From Octopus vulgaris (Eukaryota), in contig OX597824.1 in NCBI GenBank assembly GCA_951406725.2, forward strand, positions 44,144,001 through 44,208,000: DNA of 64,000 bases, in the 5' to 3' direction. The first letter of the stretch is position 1. Every line of letters starts with the position of its first letter. The position numbers and the translations under genes were made by a program. Under the pieces are notes generated by a model. The model did no database searches. It was not told the origin of the DNA and saw only the letters and a list, made by a program, of their open reading frames with translations. Positions 44,096-56,939 of this stretch are shown here, in pieces.

Positions 44096-44859
44096 AAGTG
44101 TAAACATAGCAAAGCGGACTTCAGTGACTCAGTATGCCCACAGTTCTGGAACTGAAGCTATAAAAAGAAAATTTACGTATAATATATATATACATATATT
44201 TTAAATATAACATATAAATGAATATACATATATTTCATATAGACATATTACAATAATTTATTTTATACGTTGAGTTCGGCATGAGAATCAGGGTCACGAA
44301 TATGCATCACACCCAACCCCCAACTCAAGAATTGCCTATTGCTTTTATACTTTTGTATAATTTAGCTACACACGTACTAATATAAAATATGGCGATGAAT
44401 TCTCGGCAAACCTGTTTTGACTCTCAGCCGGAATCAATTCCCATACATATTGCATAGCGACTTATGTTAGAAAAATTACTTTTTATTGTTCGAAAAGTAT
44501 GCTGTTTTAGCCGCAGGTCAGGCATGATCGGGAAGACTTTTAGTTAAAAGCACTCAGGCCACGACCCTCGTCACTTTTTTTTCATATACATAACCTAAAT
44601 ATATATCTGAGAATACATTATCCACTATGCTCTTACATTAAGATAATAGTGTGTGCTTTGAGGAAGATTCGACTATCTTTAGCATGTTATTTCACTATGT
44701 AGAGAAGCTCGCTCGCATCAGACTTTCAGAAAAATATGTGAAAGGAATAGTCACTTTTCGTTTCTTTTTACCCTAAAAATATCGAGGCTTCATTATTTTT
44801 CTTCGGTGATGTACTAGTGTCGATTTAGTCGAGCAATCTCTACCTCCAAGTTGCAAAAA

Positions 44860-45075
44860 GTGGCAAGCTGGCTGAAACGTTAATATCGGGGAAATGCCAT
44901 GCGGCATTTGTTCTATTTTTTTCTTTTTTCTTTTTTTTTAATATTTATATTCCGTGTTCAAATCCTTTTTAAATCAACTTTCTTAATTTTGAATGATAAA
45001 ATAAAGTACTAGTCATGTACTGAGATCAATGATATTGACTAACGCCCTCTGGCTTTGTGTCTAAATTAGAAACAA
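44860..45075 (+). mobile_element. Short SINE (family C)
   Basis: gtggcaagctggctgaaacgtta...ttccgtgttcaaat...tttgtgtctaaattagaaac. Confidence 0.6.
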
Positions 45076-46977
45076 TTATTATCAAGATCTGCACAATAGG
45101 CTGCTTGACGGACAAAATGCCATTCAGTATAATTTAGGTACGGCCCTTGATGTTCCGTGTTCGACTTTGCCTTTCATACTTCAGGGTCGAGGAAGGAAAA
45201 ATAAGTCCTAGAACAGGAATTGACCTAATTGATAAGTCATTCCCTCAAACTTTTCTAGCCAAAAGGCAAGAAAATATTGACCCACTTGTGTTTGGCAATG
45301 AATCTAGGAAAGCATGAACTCCTCAACAGTGCCGTTAAATTTGACCTTTCATGTATACATAAAAGTATTATTACCATAATTATTGTTTTGCGAAATCATT
45401 ATAAAAAGGAAAATTCGCCAAGCAGTTTTGCTTTATATGACGTTATTAAAAGGGCGGAGATAAGCCTCTTAAAAGCTAAGTACGATACATATATAAAACA
45501 ATATTCAAGTCACAATAAAATGTAATAGTTGCAAATAAATCAATTCGTGCACCGGACCTAGTTTTCTTTCGTTTAATAATAATAATGAAATCAGAGATGT
45601 CTATCGCATATGAACTAGAGAAAGAAGTTTATATAAACTCAACAACTGGTCCGGTAACCACTCATAAACTCAGTACCTAATTAAAAAAAATTATAAAGCA
45701 TGAATGCCACACAACCCCAACTCTTTCTAACAGATGAAAGTTGCCGATCTATACAATATTTTATTGCTTTTTGTCGGAAAAATCTCTCAAGCTTCTCCCC
45801 TTAGCAGAATAAAAACATTTTCATAAAAAATCTAGCACATAAAATGTATTTGTATAAACGAGAAACAGCATACGAGGCACACAAAATCAGCTCCGAGTAA
45901 TCCAACTACATCGTTACTTGGCAAAAATGTCGATATAAGCAGAGTTACTGTAATAAAATGCTACAGCACTCGACACAAAACGACGTGACTGTAAACGGAG
46001 TAGGACTAAAACTGCAATGTGAGTACACACACACACATCAACCAAGCGAGACAGCAAAATGGCCAGTCATATACAGCTGATTTTCTCTCCTTCCTCTTCT
46101 ATTCGTTTCACAAAATCATTAAGTCGCAACCTTACCTAACAACACAGTAAATCTAGGCTTTCTCCACACACACACATCCACACCCACCATATACATCTTA
46201 TCAAACTATAACATTAGTCAGAGAGAATGACATGAAAAGTTACCAGTTTTCAGTTACCTAATACAGATAAATAAAGCTTTGTTCATGAATTTCGGCGCTA
46301 AGACTTTTAAAGCGATATGAAATGAGAATGCACATGTGTATGATAATATACAACCAATTAGTTAATATTATACAATCTAATCAGAAGCGAGTAATACAGT
46401 GACTGGTGAAGAGAGAGAGAGAGAGAAGAAAGAGAAGAATACGGAAAGGGATAAATATATTTAGATAATATCTGTGTCTATTAGTGATATAGTTCGTAAT
46501 GCCAACCTAGATACAGAATGTAATTTGAATTAGCAAAACGACTGCAACACTAAGCTCGCTCTCACTCACGATCGAAAGAAGAGAAAATATTGTAATTGCC
46601 ACTCGATAATTTCAAGAAAACTACGTTTAATTATGGGTTAAGCAGACACGGAGTTAATATGTGGAATATATGCCCGATACACATACGTATAAATATTTCG
46701 CACACTTGCAGCAAGCGCCTTCTTACTAACAAACATACGCATAACTGCACATCTGTTCTCATTCTTGGGCATAAGAACACACTCAAACACCCTCCAACTT
46801 CATTCAGTTTCTCGTTGACTCCGCCATCTCTCTATCTTTTTTTTATACTCTACCACTACTGCTCTTCATTTTCTCCTCACACTTTTTTCATCTTCCTATG
46901 AGTAAAATATATCGGAACGATCGCCGTAGTGTATTTGGATGTATTTTCTACCTCTTGCGAGCATTTGTGCGTGCCAT

Positions 46978-46985
46978 ACACACAA

Positions 46986-47036
<51 letters not shown>

Positions 47037-47306
47037 CATATATGCACATACATATATACATAAATATATATATGCACATACATATATATACATAAATATA
47101 TATATATATACATACACACATATACATGCACATACATATATATACATAAATATATATATATACATACACACACATATATACACATATACAAACACATATG
47201 CATACATATATATACACATACATACACATATACATACAAACACATACATACAAACATACATTATATATATATACATACATATATATATATACATACATAT
47301 ATATAT

Positions 47307-47357
<51 letters not shown>

Positions 47358-47432
47358 CACACATTTATAAATATATATATATATACACACACATATATAT
47401 ATACATATATATACACACACACACACATATAT
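46978..47432. repeat. Compound (TA)/(CA) microsatellite
   Basis: Direct reading; further tracts at 47640-47742 and 47893-48083. Confidence 0.95.
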
Positions 47433-47543
47433 ATTATTATAATTATTAGGGAATATTACTTCAGAGTACACAGGAAAAAGACATTTAAATGAAATGAAAT
47501 GAAATTAGATGTACTAAAATGAACATCTCTCAATGTTTAATTC

Positions 47544-47637
47544 GTATATATAAAAGTAATTTTAGAGACAGAAGCACCTTCAACTAAAAGTGAAGAGCTG
47601 AAGGTAGTTCTGTCTCTGAAACTACTTTTATATATAC
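47544..47637. repeat. 94-nt hairpin (39-bp arms, 4 differences, 16-nt loop)
   Basis: gtatatataaaagtaattttagagacagaagcaccttca / tgaaggtagttctgtctctgaaactacttttatatatac. Confidence 0.9.
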
Positions 47638-47693
47638 ATACATACATACACACGTATATATACATATACATACATATATAAACACAAACACAC

Positions 47694-47747
<54 letters not shown>

Positions 47748-48052
47748 AACGTGTATAACGTGTCAAAGATTAGATTTTAAAAATATGGAAGTTTCTTATA
47801 CATGTATAGAATTACAATCTCTTATTACAAAAGCTTTTTTCTAAATTTTAACCCCCAATAATTAGGAGGTTACTTACACACATTAAAATCTAGTATGTAT
47901 GCGTGTGTGTGTGCATATATATATATATATATACACACACACATATATATACACACACACACATATATATACACATACACACACATATATATACACATAC
48001 ACACATATATACACACACACACACACACACATATATATACACATACACACAG

Positions 48053-48085
<33 letters not shown>

Positions 48086-48123
48086 CTGATATTTGATGAA
48101 ATTGAAAATGAATATAGTCTCAC

Positions 48124-48279
48124 CTCCCTTCCTGTTGGCATATGCTTGGCAAGCTTTACTTTAGCAAAGTTTCCCTTGCCAATGGTTTTCATCAGGCGGT
48201 ACTTGCCAATGTGTGGAGGAAGCTCATCCGAAGTTCGACTTCTGGAGGATATCCGAGGGTTGGCGTTGTCATCGGTACT
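48124..48279 (-). CDS. MARK: Internal coding exon (start of the kinase domain) of a MARK/PAR-1 family Ser/Thr kinase
   Basis: Translates without stops to [52 protein letters not shown] (52 codons). [24 protein letters not shown]..TG.E is characteristic of MARK/PAR-1. Flanked by a pyrimidine-rich ...tttccaattAG acceptor and a GTGAGA donor, phase 0/0, ending at the GRE|VAIK junction typical of MARK genes. Confidence 0.96.
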
Positions 48280-49618
48280 CTAATTGGAAATGGGTAAAGA
48301 AGTATTATTAGAAAAAGTGACATAAATCAACAAACAATAACAATAAATACATAGACATCTATATAGCAAAATAAAAACGGAAAGAATAAATGAGGAAGAT
48401 TTGACCAAGTAACATAATGATGATTTTTCTAATTTCACTTAGAAGTTGAGACATCATTAATTTCCCCACCTCCACAGTAAGGATGTCTACAACAAAGATC
48501 AGACTATCCTTTACCTTGTAAGTAAATTAACTCAAGAAATCTATTCTTAATTGTTTCAAATTATCTCCCCTTCTTCTTGAAAGTCGCTGACAAATGGCAT
48601 TACGCTTTTGTTTTCTGCCTTCCAACGAGATAGAAATTACAAGAACAAAATATAATTGTGCACTGCATTCATACACTGCCCATCAACATATGAAGTGTGA
48701 AAGAATGTGCGTGTGCATGTGTGTGTGTGTGTATGCATGTATGTATGTAATACATATGCAGGCATCTTCGGTAGGTTTTTATACTGAGAATAACTTCATC
48801 ATACCAGACTCAGTTTTTAAACAGCACAGCCCTTCTTTCCCCTAAGTCATGTAAAAGAAAAACAAAAAATAACACACATATATACTGCTCTCTTAGTTAT
48901 GCTCTCTTTTTCAGGCACATGTATGAAGTTAAAACATGCAAATATTCACACACACACTTTTCCATACTCCTAATCACACACTAGATGCTTTCACATTTCA
49001 CACACACATAATATACAGATAACACTCTCAATCAGATTAGACCACATCAATCAAACCACATTTTCATCCATTGTGTATAAATCACAGATGATCATGATTG
49101 TTTTTGTTTTTAATTTCCACTCAAGGATATACTGAATGGTACATGTACTTTCCTTCACTCAAAAATTAATCATGGCAATACACATCGTGATTATCATAAT
49201 GCAGTATTTCAAAAGCTAGTATTTTTGAAGACAAGGACAAAATTAAGAAACATCACATTCAGATATATATATATATATATACACATACATGCATACATAC
49301 ATACGCACACACACACACATATGGTGGATGTCTACTCCTTATGCAGAGTTTGATCACCTCTAGTACCCACACCTGAGATCCATCAAGGCATTTGATGCGT
49401 CTTTTTTAACCAGACAATGTACCGAAAAGATACCCACATAGATTGCAAATCTGATTTGGACCACCAAGAGGTGCAGTTGATCTTTGTTGATCTTAAAATT
49501 TCTTGTGAGGCTTCCATTAGATTCGCAGAGCTTATGGCATACACGGCATTGAAAGACGAGCACAGATATATAGGCATATTTGGTGGAGGTTTGTTTTTCA
49601 TGGGTCCCATATATTATA

Positions 49619-49702
<84 letters not shown>

Positions 49703-49779
49703 AAGACAGAATGAAAGAGATTTGTGATTAATATATATATATACTTCCACACACATATAACATATACACAACTTATTGA

Positions 49780-49975
49780 TATGAGCACTCGAGCCAAGAT
49801 TACTCCTAAGTCCCTGATACTGGATGCTGTGAGAAGTTCCCCTGAAGGGAGAGAAAATGGCTGTTGGGTACATTTTTTTTTTTCCAAAGAGCACAAGTTC
49901 AAATGTTTGCTTATTTAATCACAAGTAGATCAGCTTGGTCCTCACATGCACGTGCATACTTGGCAAAAAAAAAGT
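49780..49975 (-). mobile_element. Short CR1-type LINE RT fragment
   Basis: QPFSLPSGELLTASSIRDLGVIL on the minus strand (RDLGV motif). Confidence 0.55.
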
Positions 49976-50337
49976 AAAAACAAAGAGCCAAAAGGAAGCG
50001 GTGCATGTGCATATATATGTATGCATGCATGTGTGTGTGTGTATGTATATACACACACACACACACACAATCTATACATGATGTGAAATATATGCATATA
50101 CACACACAACCTGGAGCAAGTGTCTTTATAGCACCACTCTGACAAAAGCTTTGTCAGTGGATTTCATAAACGGAAACTGAGAGGCTCATTCTTGTCTTTG
50201 GCCTGCATTTCTCCAAATTCAATTGTTTTCTCTCTTCTGTTTCAGAAAGGAGGATTTTCCCCATGAAACATAATGACGTGCATCAAGTAAATTGCAAAAC
50301 ATTTATACTCACACATATTCATACCTACATACAAATA

Positions 50338-50480
50338 TCATCATCATTTAATGTCTGTTGTGCATGAGTTGGACTATTTGACCCGAGCTGATAAGCTGAA
50401 GGGCTGTACGAGACTCTAGTCTGGTTTGGCATGGTTTCTACAGCTGGATGCCCTTCCAAATGCCAACCACTCAGAGTGTA
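50338..50480 (-). mobile_element. RTE-type LINE 3'-end fragment
   Basis: catcatcatttaatgtc...tttctacagctggatgcccttccaaatgccaaccactcagagtgta. Confidence 0.75.
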
Positions 50481-50499
50481 ATATGTGTGTAGCCATTAC

Positions 50500-50980
50500 T
50501 CAACATTCATGGCCATAAGTGAGGATAGGCATGAAAAATGAATTCAAGAGAGCAAGTTTGGCTTTTTAACTAAGCACTCCCCTATTAGACCTGGCACATT
50601 ACTGTGCCAGCACCTGCAATTTTAACATCCAACTCAGCCTCCTGTCTTCCATCAATTGAGATCACAGCTTCTCCACTTATCTCAGAGATGTTCCACAAAA
50701 ATGTAAAGTGTACTGGGAAGACTTTCTTGAGAGGCTCAATGCCTCAGTCTTCTGAGCACTCAGTAGCACACCCTTTCAGTGCACGCTGAAGATCAGCCAT
50801 ATAGCATCATGTCATATGCATATGTCAGCCAATTGATGCTATACCCACCAATTATGACACCACTTTCACAACATTTGTGAATGTCTCTGCTTAGTAATCT
50901 CCTGTGCAAAGACTTTTTTTTAACTTCCTGGTCAAACCAAAGGATTCTTTTGCCACCTGGTGTTACACTGGTTCTCACTT
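50500..50980 (-). mobile_element. Decayed non-LTR RT fragment
   Basis: GVIIGGYSINWLTYAYDMMLY resembles the GV.I.G..I..L.YADD..L RT motif. Confidence 0.45.
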
Positions 50981-51066
50981 TACATAAAAATTCAACACAG
51001 AATAAAAGAGGTCAGAGATAATAACAAAATCTATCAATGATATCTGTATATATATATATATATATG

Positions 51067-51944
51067 TGAGGTGCACTCAAAACTTATCCAACTTTATTTT
51101 TTCCCACTAAAACTTATGCCACTTGGGCAAAGTCCTTAGGATGGGATGTGATACCACCCTTCCAGTGCATGTGTAAAAATTTACATGCTGGTAAGCGATG
51201 TCAGTCCCTGGTGTATATCAGTCCCAGCAGACATGTAGTGTATGCTTGTTGAATTTTTCTTTTCAATGAATGCATCAAGCAGAAATATTGTATTAAGTTT
51301 TGCCAAAATCTTATTGATACTCAAGCTCAAACAATGCATAGGATTCAGTAGGCCTTTAGTAATGATGCCATGGGTAAAACTCAGTTCAAGGAGTAATACA
51401 ACAGCTTCAAATACAGCCACACTTCATTAGAGGCAGGTCATCTACAAGCCAATTGAAGTTTGGCAAATAGTCATGGAAGACCATTGTGTAACAATCCAGG
51501 AAATTGCTCATGAAGGGGGAATAAATATAAAATCAGTACATTCCATTTTAGTGAAGGATAGAGTGCCAGCAAAATTTGTCTCCAAAGTACTGATGGAGCA
51601 GCAGAAGCAACTCGCTCAGAACATGAAGCAACATCGCTCAGAACATGAACTGAGCAAACCATGACCCAGACCTCATGAAGACAATCATCAGTGGTGATAA
51701 CATGGGTTTCTGATCTCTGCTCAATGCATTTGGTCATCTTGCATGAAATTGAAAATCCAACAAATGCACACCACACGCCTACACTATAGGCATAATAGCC
51801 AGGAACTGATGCGGTCAGCTAGGGCAAAAATTTTCATGCAGGGCACAGAAAGGGTGGTATCACCTCTCACCCAAAAGACTTTGCCCATGTGATATTAGTT
51901 TCGGTGGGAAAAAATAGTGTTGGATACTTTTTGAGCATGACTAC
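51067..51944. mobile_element. Mariner-derived fold-back element (two 5' ends facing each other)
   Basis: ~115-bp inverted ends. The plus strand has mariner fragments (CIKQKYCIKFCQ, EDHCVTIQEIAHE, RVPAKFVSKVL, KTIISGDKTWV); the minus strand restarts MTKCIEQR near 51740. Confidence 0.8.
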
Positions 51945-52147
51945 ATGTGTGTGTCTGTCCACCATCACCACCTTGACAATTGGTGTTGGTGTGTTTATGC
52001 TCCTGTAACTTAGCAGCTTGGCAAGAGACCAATAGAATGAATACTAGGCTTTAAAAATAATAAGTACTGTGGTTGATTCATTCAACTAAAATTCTGCAAG
52101 GCAGTGCTCCAGTATGGCCGCAGTCTAAAGGCTAAAACAAGTAAAAG
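51945..52147 (+). mobile_element. Family A SINE 3' part
   Basis: cttgacaattggtgttggtgtgtttat...gtgctccagtatggccgcagtc...aacaagtaaaag. Confidence 0.8.
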
Positions 52148-52229
52148 ATTAAGAAAAAATAGTACATGCACACAAATATATATATATATATATATATATA
52201 CATACAGATATACATATATTATGTTTGTA

Positions 52230-55200
52230 TACTATTAGGTGGATACAATGCACCTCTAATTCTCTTTTGACTGCATCACTCCTTTCCATCTTGTCCCAAA
52301 ATGCTTAACTAAATCATCTTCTCATTGTTGTGGAGGCCTCCAGAGTAACCTTTTCAGATCTCTTGGATTGCATTCAGCAACTCTACAGGTCTACCAGTTG
52401 TCTGAGAACCTTGCAAATTGAAAGTGTGTTAGTAGCTAAACAATGTACACACCACCTGTTCAGTCAATGTCACTGATGATCATTTCTAGGCAAACAGTGA
52501 GGAGCTCAGGAGGGATGGTATCTCCTTTTTGATGTCCTTTCCAACAATTAGAACGTTTACTGGTGCATCCAGAACTTGCATCTCTGAACATTTTGATGGA
52601 TTGCACCTTGACACCTTGTATCTCCAGAGATTTCAGTTCTGCATTCATCTTGAAGCTACTGAAGGCCTTTTCTTACATTCTACACCTCACAAATCTTTGT
52701 GGTTGATTCAGTTGCGGACCCTTGAAACCCAAGCAGTTACAGTACTGAGTCCTTATTTGAGACAGATGAGACAGGATTATTGCAGTCCAGTTTAGTGGTT
52801 GGTATAGCTTTCAATTCATTCCAAAACTGGGAGTTAGGCTTCCCAGGAGCTTCTATAAAGTATATCACTGCATATCTTACGCGGAATACTCGAAACTTCT
52901 CAGCATTGAAATGCATGTTATTTACATAGGCCCATATTGCATGCAGGTCATTTTGCAGCTTTAGTATGTCATTAGGGTCCTTGAACACCAGCACAGCTGG
53001 TTCAAGTGGCTAACTTTATGACCAACAGCATGTCTGAATGAGTCACCACCAATAGTAGTGGTCCCAGTACAGTTTCTTAAGAGACTCCACTGCAAACTGA
53101 TGCCTCCTCAATGAGAGCATCATTAGCTGCAACTGTCAGACTTCTGCCTTAAAGTCAGTTACTCTCCCAGTTTTCCAGTCATACCAAGGTCACATAGTTT
53201 GTGACATATCCCATGATCAACTTCGTCAAAGGGTTTGGCAAAGTCAATATATAGCACATCCACATTTGAGTGTTGAGCTGCCAGTTCAGAATCCAGTCAT
53301 AATGTTGTAATAGCTATGTGAGGCAGCTCCTCTCCGGGTGGAAGTTATGTCGTGTGTTTGGGAGCAAGTTATTTTGTTCCAGGAACATGATCAGCCTCCC
53401 TCTGACAATGTGTTCCAGGACCTTGATAACATGAAGTCAGAGATGTAGACCTGTAATTTTTAGCATCTGTTCTGCTTCCTCCTTTATTTAAGAAGTTTAC
53501 CACATGCAAGGAAACTCTGAAAAAGTATCTGCAGTGGTTTTATGAGAGCTTTCTTGCAGGTCTTTGACAGAATACTCAGAAAGGCCAGTTTGAGTTCATC
53601 TCATCAATGGCTGATATTACCTCTTTCTTTTTTTATGTCAATGTAATTAATGGCTGCCTCTCTCCCATGTAGCTCTGAGAGTTGAAAATCTCATCAGGCT
53701 TGCTTATTTGCATTTTTCCCAGTGGAGAGGTCAAGATACTTTGGAATTGTTTACTTAGCACTTCACTAATGCTCCTGGAGACTGCAGTTAGCAAGCCATC
53801 TTCTTCAAGTGCAAAGAGGCAGATTCTTTCACAAATTTGTAGAAGGCTTTGGAATTCATTTTTATATTTTTCACTGTCCTTGTTTCTCATTCTACCTTTT
53901 CCTTTTTATAAGAGATTTGTGTTTATTTTTAATCTCTAAAAGTGTCTCCTTGAGGAGGGATTTCTCGCTGTCATTTAGTGGTTTATTTAAGTGATCAGAA
54001 ATATTTATTCTCCATCTTATAAAGACTCTCTTGTCTCAAAAATGATGTTTTTGTATGCAGTTGCTCCCTTCTGAGACAAATTTAATGCCTATGACTTACA
54101 TTATTGACATGAATTCTTTAAGTTTCATATCAATATCTTGCACAGAGAGACTTTAAGCCATTTTTGCTAGAGTATCTGATTTTCAATTGACCTTCAGTTA
54201 GCCTTGTAGAAATTCAAACTGAATAAGGTTTGGGTGCCATCTGTATGAAATACATCATTAATTAGTTTGGGGCCATACACTGTCAGTTTTATCTTGTAGT
54301 CTAAGAAGATTGTCAATGATAACTTCACATTGTGGATAAGTTCAACTTTGTTAGTGAAACAAGTCTAATATGTTATCATTTCTGGTTGGGGAGATTATGG
54401 TTTGCTCCATGAGCAGCATTTTCATGAGATCAAGCAGAGATTCTGCTTGATTGCGCTCTTTGCAGGCCATTCCCGAGATTATTCACCTTCTAGGCTTCTG
54501 ATGTTGGGGAAGTTAGTCACCCATCAGAAGTACATTAACACATTGATCTAGTTTTGTTAGTACTTCTTTTATCATTATAAGGCTTTCCCCAAATTTATCT
54601 TTATGATTTGAGACACTGGGTGGGCAATATATTATGCATATTACCACATGTGCTTTAAATGCACTATTAATGTGTCACAGAGTTTGAATGTGATAACAGA
54701 ATTAGTGGTGTGACATCTTCACAGATATACAAAGCAACTCAACTGAGACTTCTTTCTCTTCTGTCTGCACAGAATACAGCATACATTGGTATGTGTATCT
54801 CTGCATTATTTACATCTGCAGACAGATGTGTTTCCATTAAGTGCAATGCACATTGCTTGTCTGCATACAGAAAGATCCCTCACATAAGCAATTTTGAGCT
54901 TGCTGTTGCTGTTTTTAGTGGTCTTCACTGCAGGCTGTATTGGGATATGAGTCCCACTGGGCATGTTTTTATCTTATCTGTTGGTTAAGTAAAGAGAGCT
55001 TTTTGCTATGGGTTCCATTTGACCTGAATTTCCAATGTGCAAAACAGCAGTTTGTCCACATCTCTCCTTGCTAGCACACACCTTTCAGATGAAATTTACA
55101 GATGGTACGTACTTCATGTAGGATTTCATTTCTTTTGCTATTTCCTATTTGACTTTGAACTCTATTTTATCAGGTTCTGGTTGATTCCTTTACCTTTTCC

Positions 55201-55500
55201 ACTATTTAGAAAGGTGGTGTTGCAACTGCTTTTCTTAGATTCCATTTTCCTTCTTTTTTCAATTTCTTCATCTACATGAACTTTTCATCTTCATTGATGG
55301 TTGCTTTGCTGTTGCCTTCCTTATTGAACATTCCACATGAGGTTTCAACATTGGAACTGTTCTCTGTGTCAGGTTTTCACTTGAGGATAAAACATTTTTA
55401 AAATTGGTATCCAAACGAATGCATAGGAGCAGATAAATTCACTTTCTGCTCTATTTGCACCACGGATCTGACAAATCCACTGATTTTCAGGGCCACAGCA
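52230..55500 (-). mobile_element. Large decayed CR1-type LINE (ORF1 remnant, APE endonuclease, RT)
   Basis: Minus-strand motifs: ETHL, NVLLMGD, QTIISPTRNDNILDL (APE); NYRSTSLTS, VDVLYIDFAKPFDEVDHG, VLGPLL, LQNDLHAIWAYVNNMHFNAEKF (RT). Many stops and frameshifts; boundaries approximate. Confidence 0.85.
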
Positions 55501-55544
55501 ATAAGGTTGCTGGGTGGATCATTCTCAGCTATCACCACCCAAGC

Positions 55545-56768
55545 TCTCAGAAACAGTTCTCAAGACATGGCAGCACATGGTTCCTTGCATAGTGAGAGCA
55601 AGCAATGACCTTCATGAAGCAGTGTGCCAAGTGACATCGGTGTGTTTACTTCACAAGTTGTGAAATTTGTGATCACATGTATGCTGTAGTCTTTGATTTT
55701 GTAATGCATAGGATTAAACTTAGGAAGTCTGCTACAGAGACATTGAGCATGCTTTGGCAAGCGTATGGCAATGAATCGCACACTGTTTCTAGTGGCATGG
55801 GCACTTCAAAAGCAGAACATCAATGGAAGCGGATGTATGATCTGAAAGAACTGCCACGAGCATCATCCCAAGAAATGTGGAGAAAATTCATCAGTTTGTG
55901 CATGAGGATTGTAAAAGAACATTCAACAACACTGTTGATGTTGTTAGTCTGTCACATCGCTCCATGCAGGCAATCCTAACATCTGAATTGAACATGCCAC
56001 ATGTCTCTGCCAAGTTTGCCCCTCGCCTGCTAAGCACCAAGCAGAAAGAACATCATGACAAAGTCTGTCAAGATCTCCATCAGGCCTCTGATGCCCCATC
56101 CTTTATATTGAGGATCATTACTAGTAACAAGAGTTGGGTATACAGGTACAACACTGAGATGAAGCAGCAGTTGTTACAATGTAAAGCCCTTCATTTTCAT
56201 GACTGAAGAAGGCACAACAGAGTCGCAGCTCTATCAAGACCATCATTTTTATCAATATCTGGGGTATTGTGCATCAAGAATTTATCCCCCAGAACCAAAT
56301 CATCAATCCAGAGTTCTACTGCAACGTTTAAGTGTTTGAGGAAAGACATCAAGCAAAAGTAACCAGATCTGTAGTGCACAAGGAATTGGATTCTTCATGA
56401 CGATAAAGCAGCCTGTCACCAAGCTCTCCCCATTCATGGATTTCTCACCAAGAGCAACAAGGTGTTGCTTCCACATCCATCCTATTCACAAGGCTTAGCA
56501 CCTACAGCTTTCCAGCTCTTCCTGAAGATGAAAATAGAGTTCAAAGGTCGCTATTTTAACACTGTTGTCAAGAGCAAGAGTGAATCACAGAGCGTCCTCG
56601 ACTCCCATATGGAAAACAACTACCATGACAGGTTTCAAAAGTGACAGGAAGACTCAAACCGGTGTATTCTGCGCAAGGTATTTTAAAGGAGATGATGTTA
56701 AAAGTTCAGTAAATAAGTTATATTTTCTGAAACATAACTAGTCGAGCCATTCTTTGATACCACCTCAT
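55545..56768 (+). mobile_element. Near full-length decayed mariner transposon
   Basis: KLRKSATETLSMLWQAYG, VSAKFAPRLL (WVPHEL-like), RIITSNKSWVY, WILHDDKAACH, HPSYSQGLAP (YSPDLAP-like). Right TIR ...tttgataccacctca|ta; left TIR eroded. Confidence 0.9.
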
Positions 56769-56939
56769 ATATATTTATATATATATATAGGTAAGTAATG
56801 GGAACATGAACACACCCAGAGTGGTTATGAAATGGTGTCAGGAGACAAACAGGCACAAAGACACATAGACATATGCATGTATGTGTGTGTGTGTGTGTGT
56901 ATCCAGGCTAGTCAAGTCAGGAGAACATTAAAGCCATTC

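Noticed and set aside
47890-48192. 100-aa ORF as a complete protein starting MKTIGKG
   Set aside because: Only the first 23 aa are exonic; the Met is internal and the rest reads through the donor into a microsatellite.
49360-49563. C2H2 zinc-finger gene exon (FQCRVCHKLCESNGSLTRN)
   Set aside because: His ligands are absent and there is no convincing splice context; more likely a decayed LINE C-terminus.
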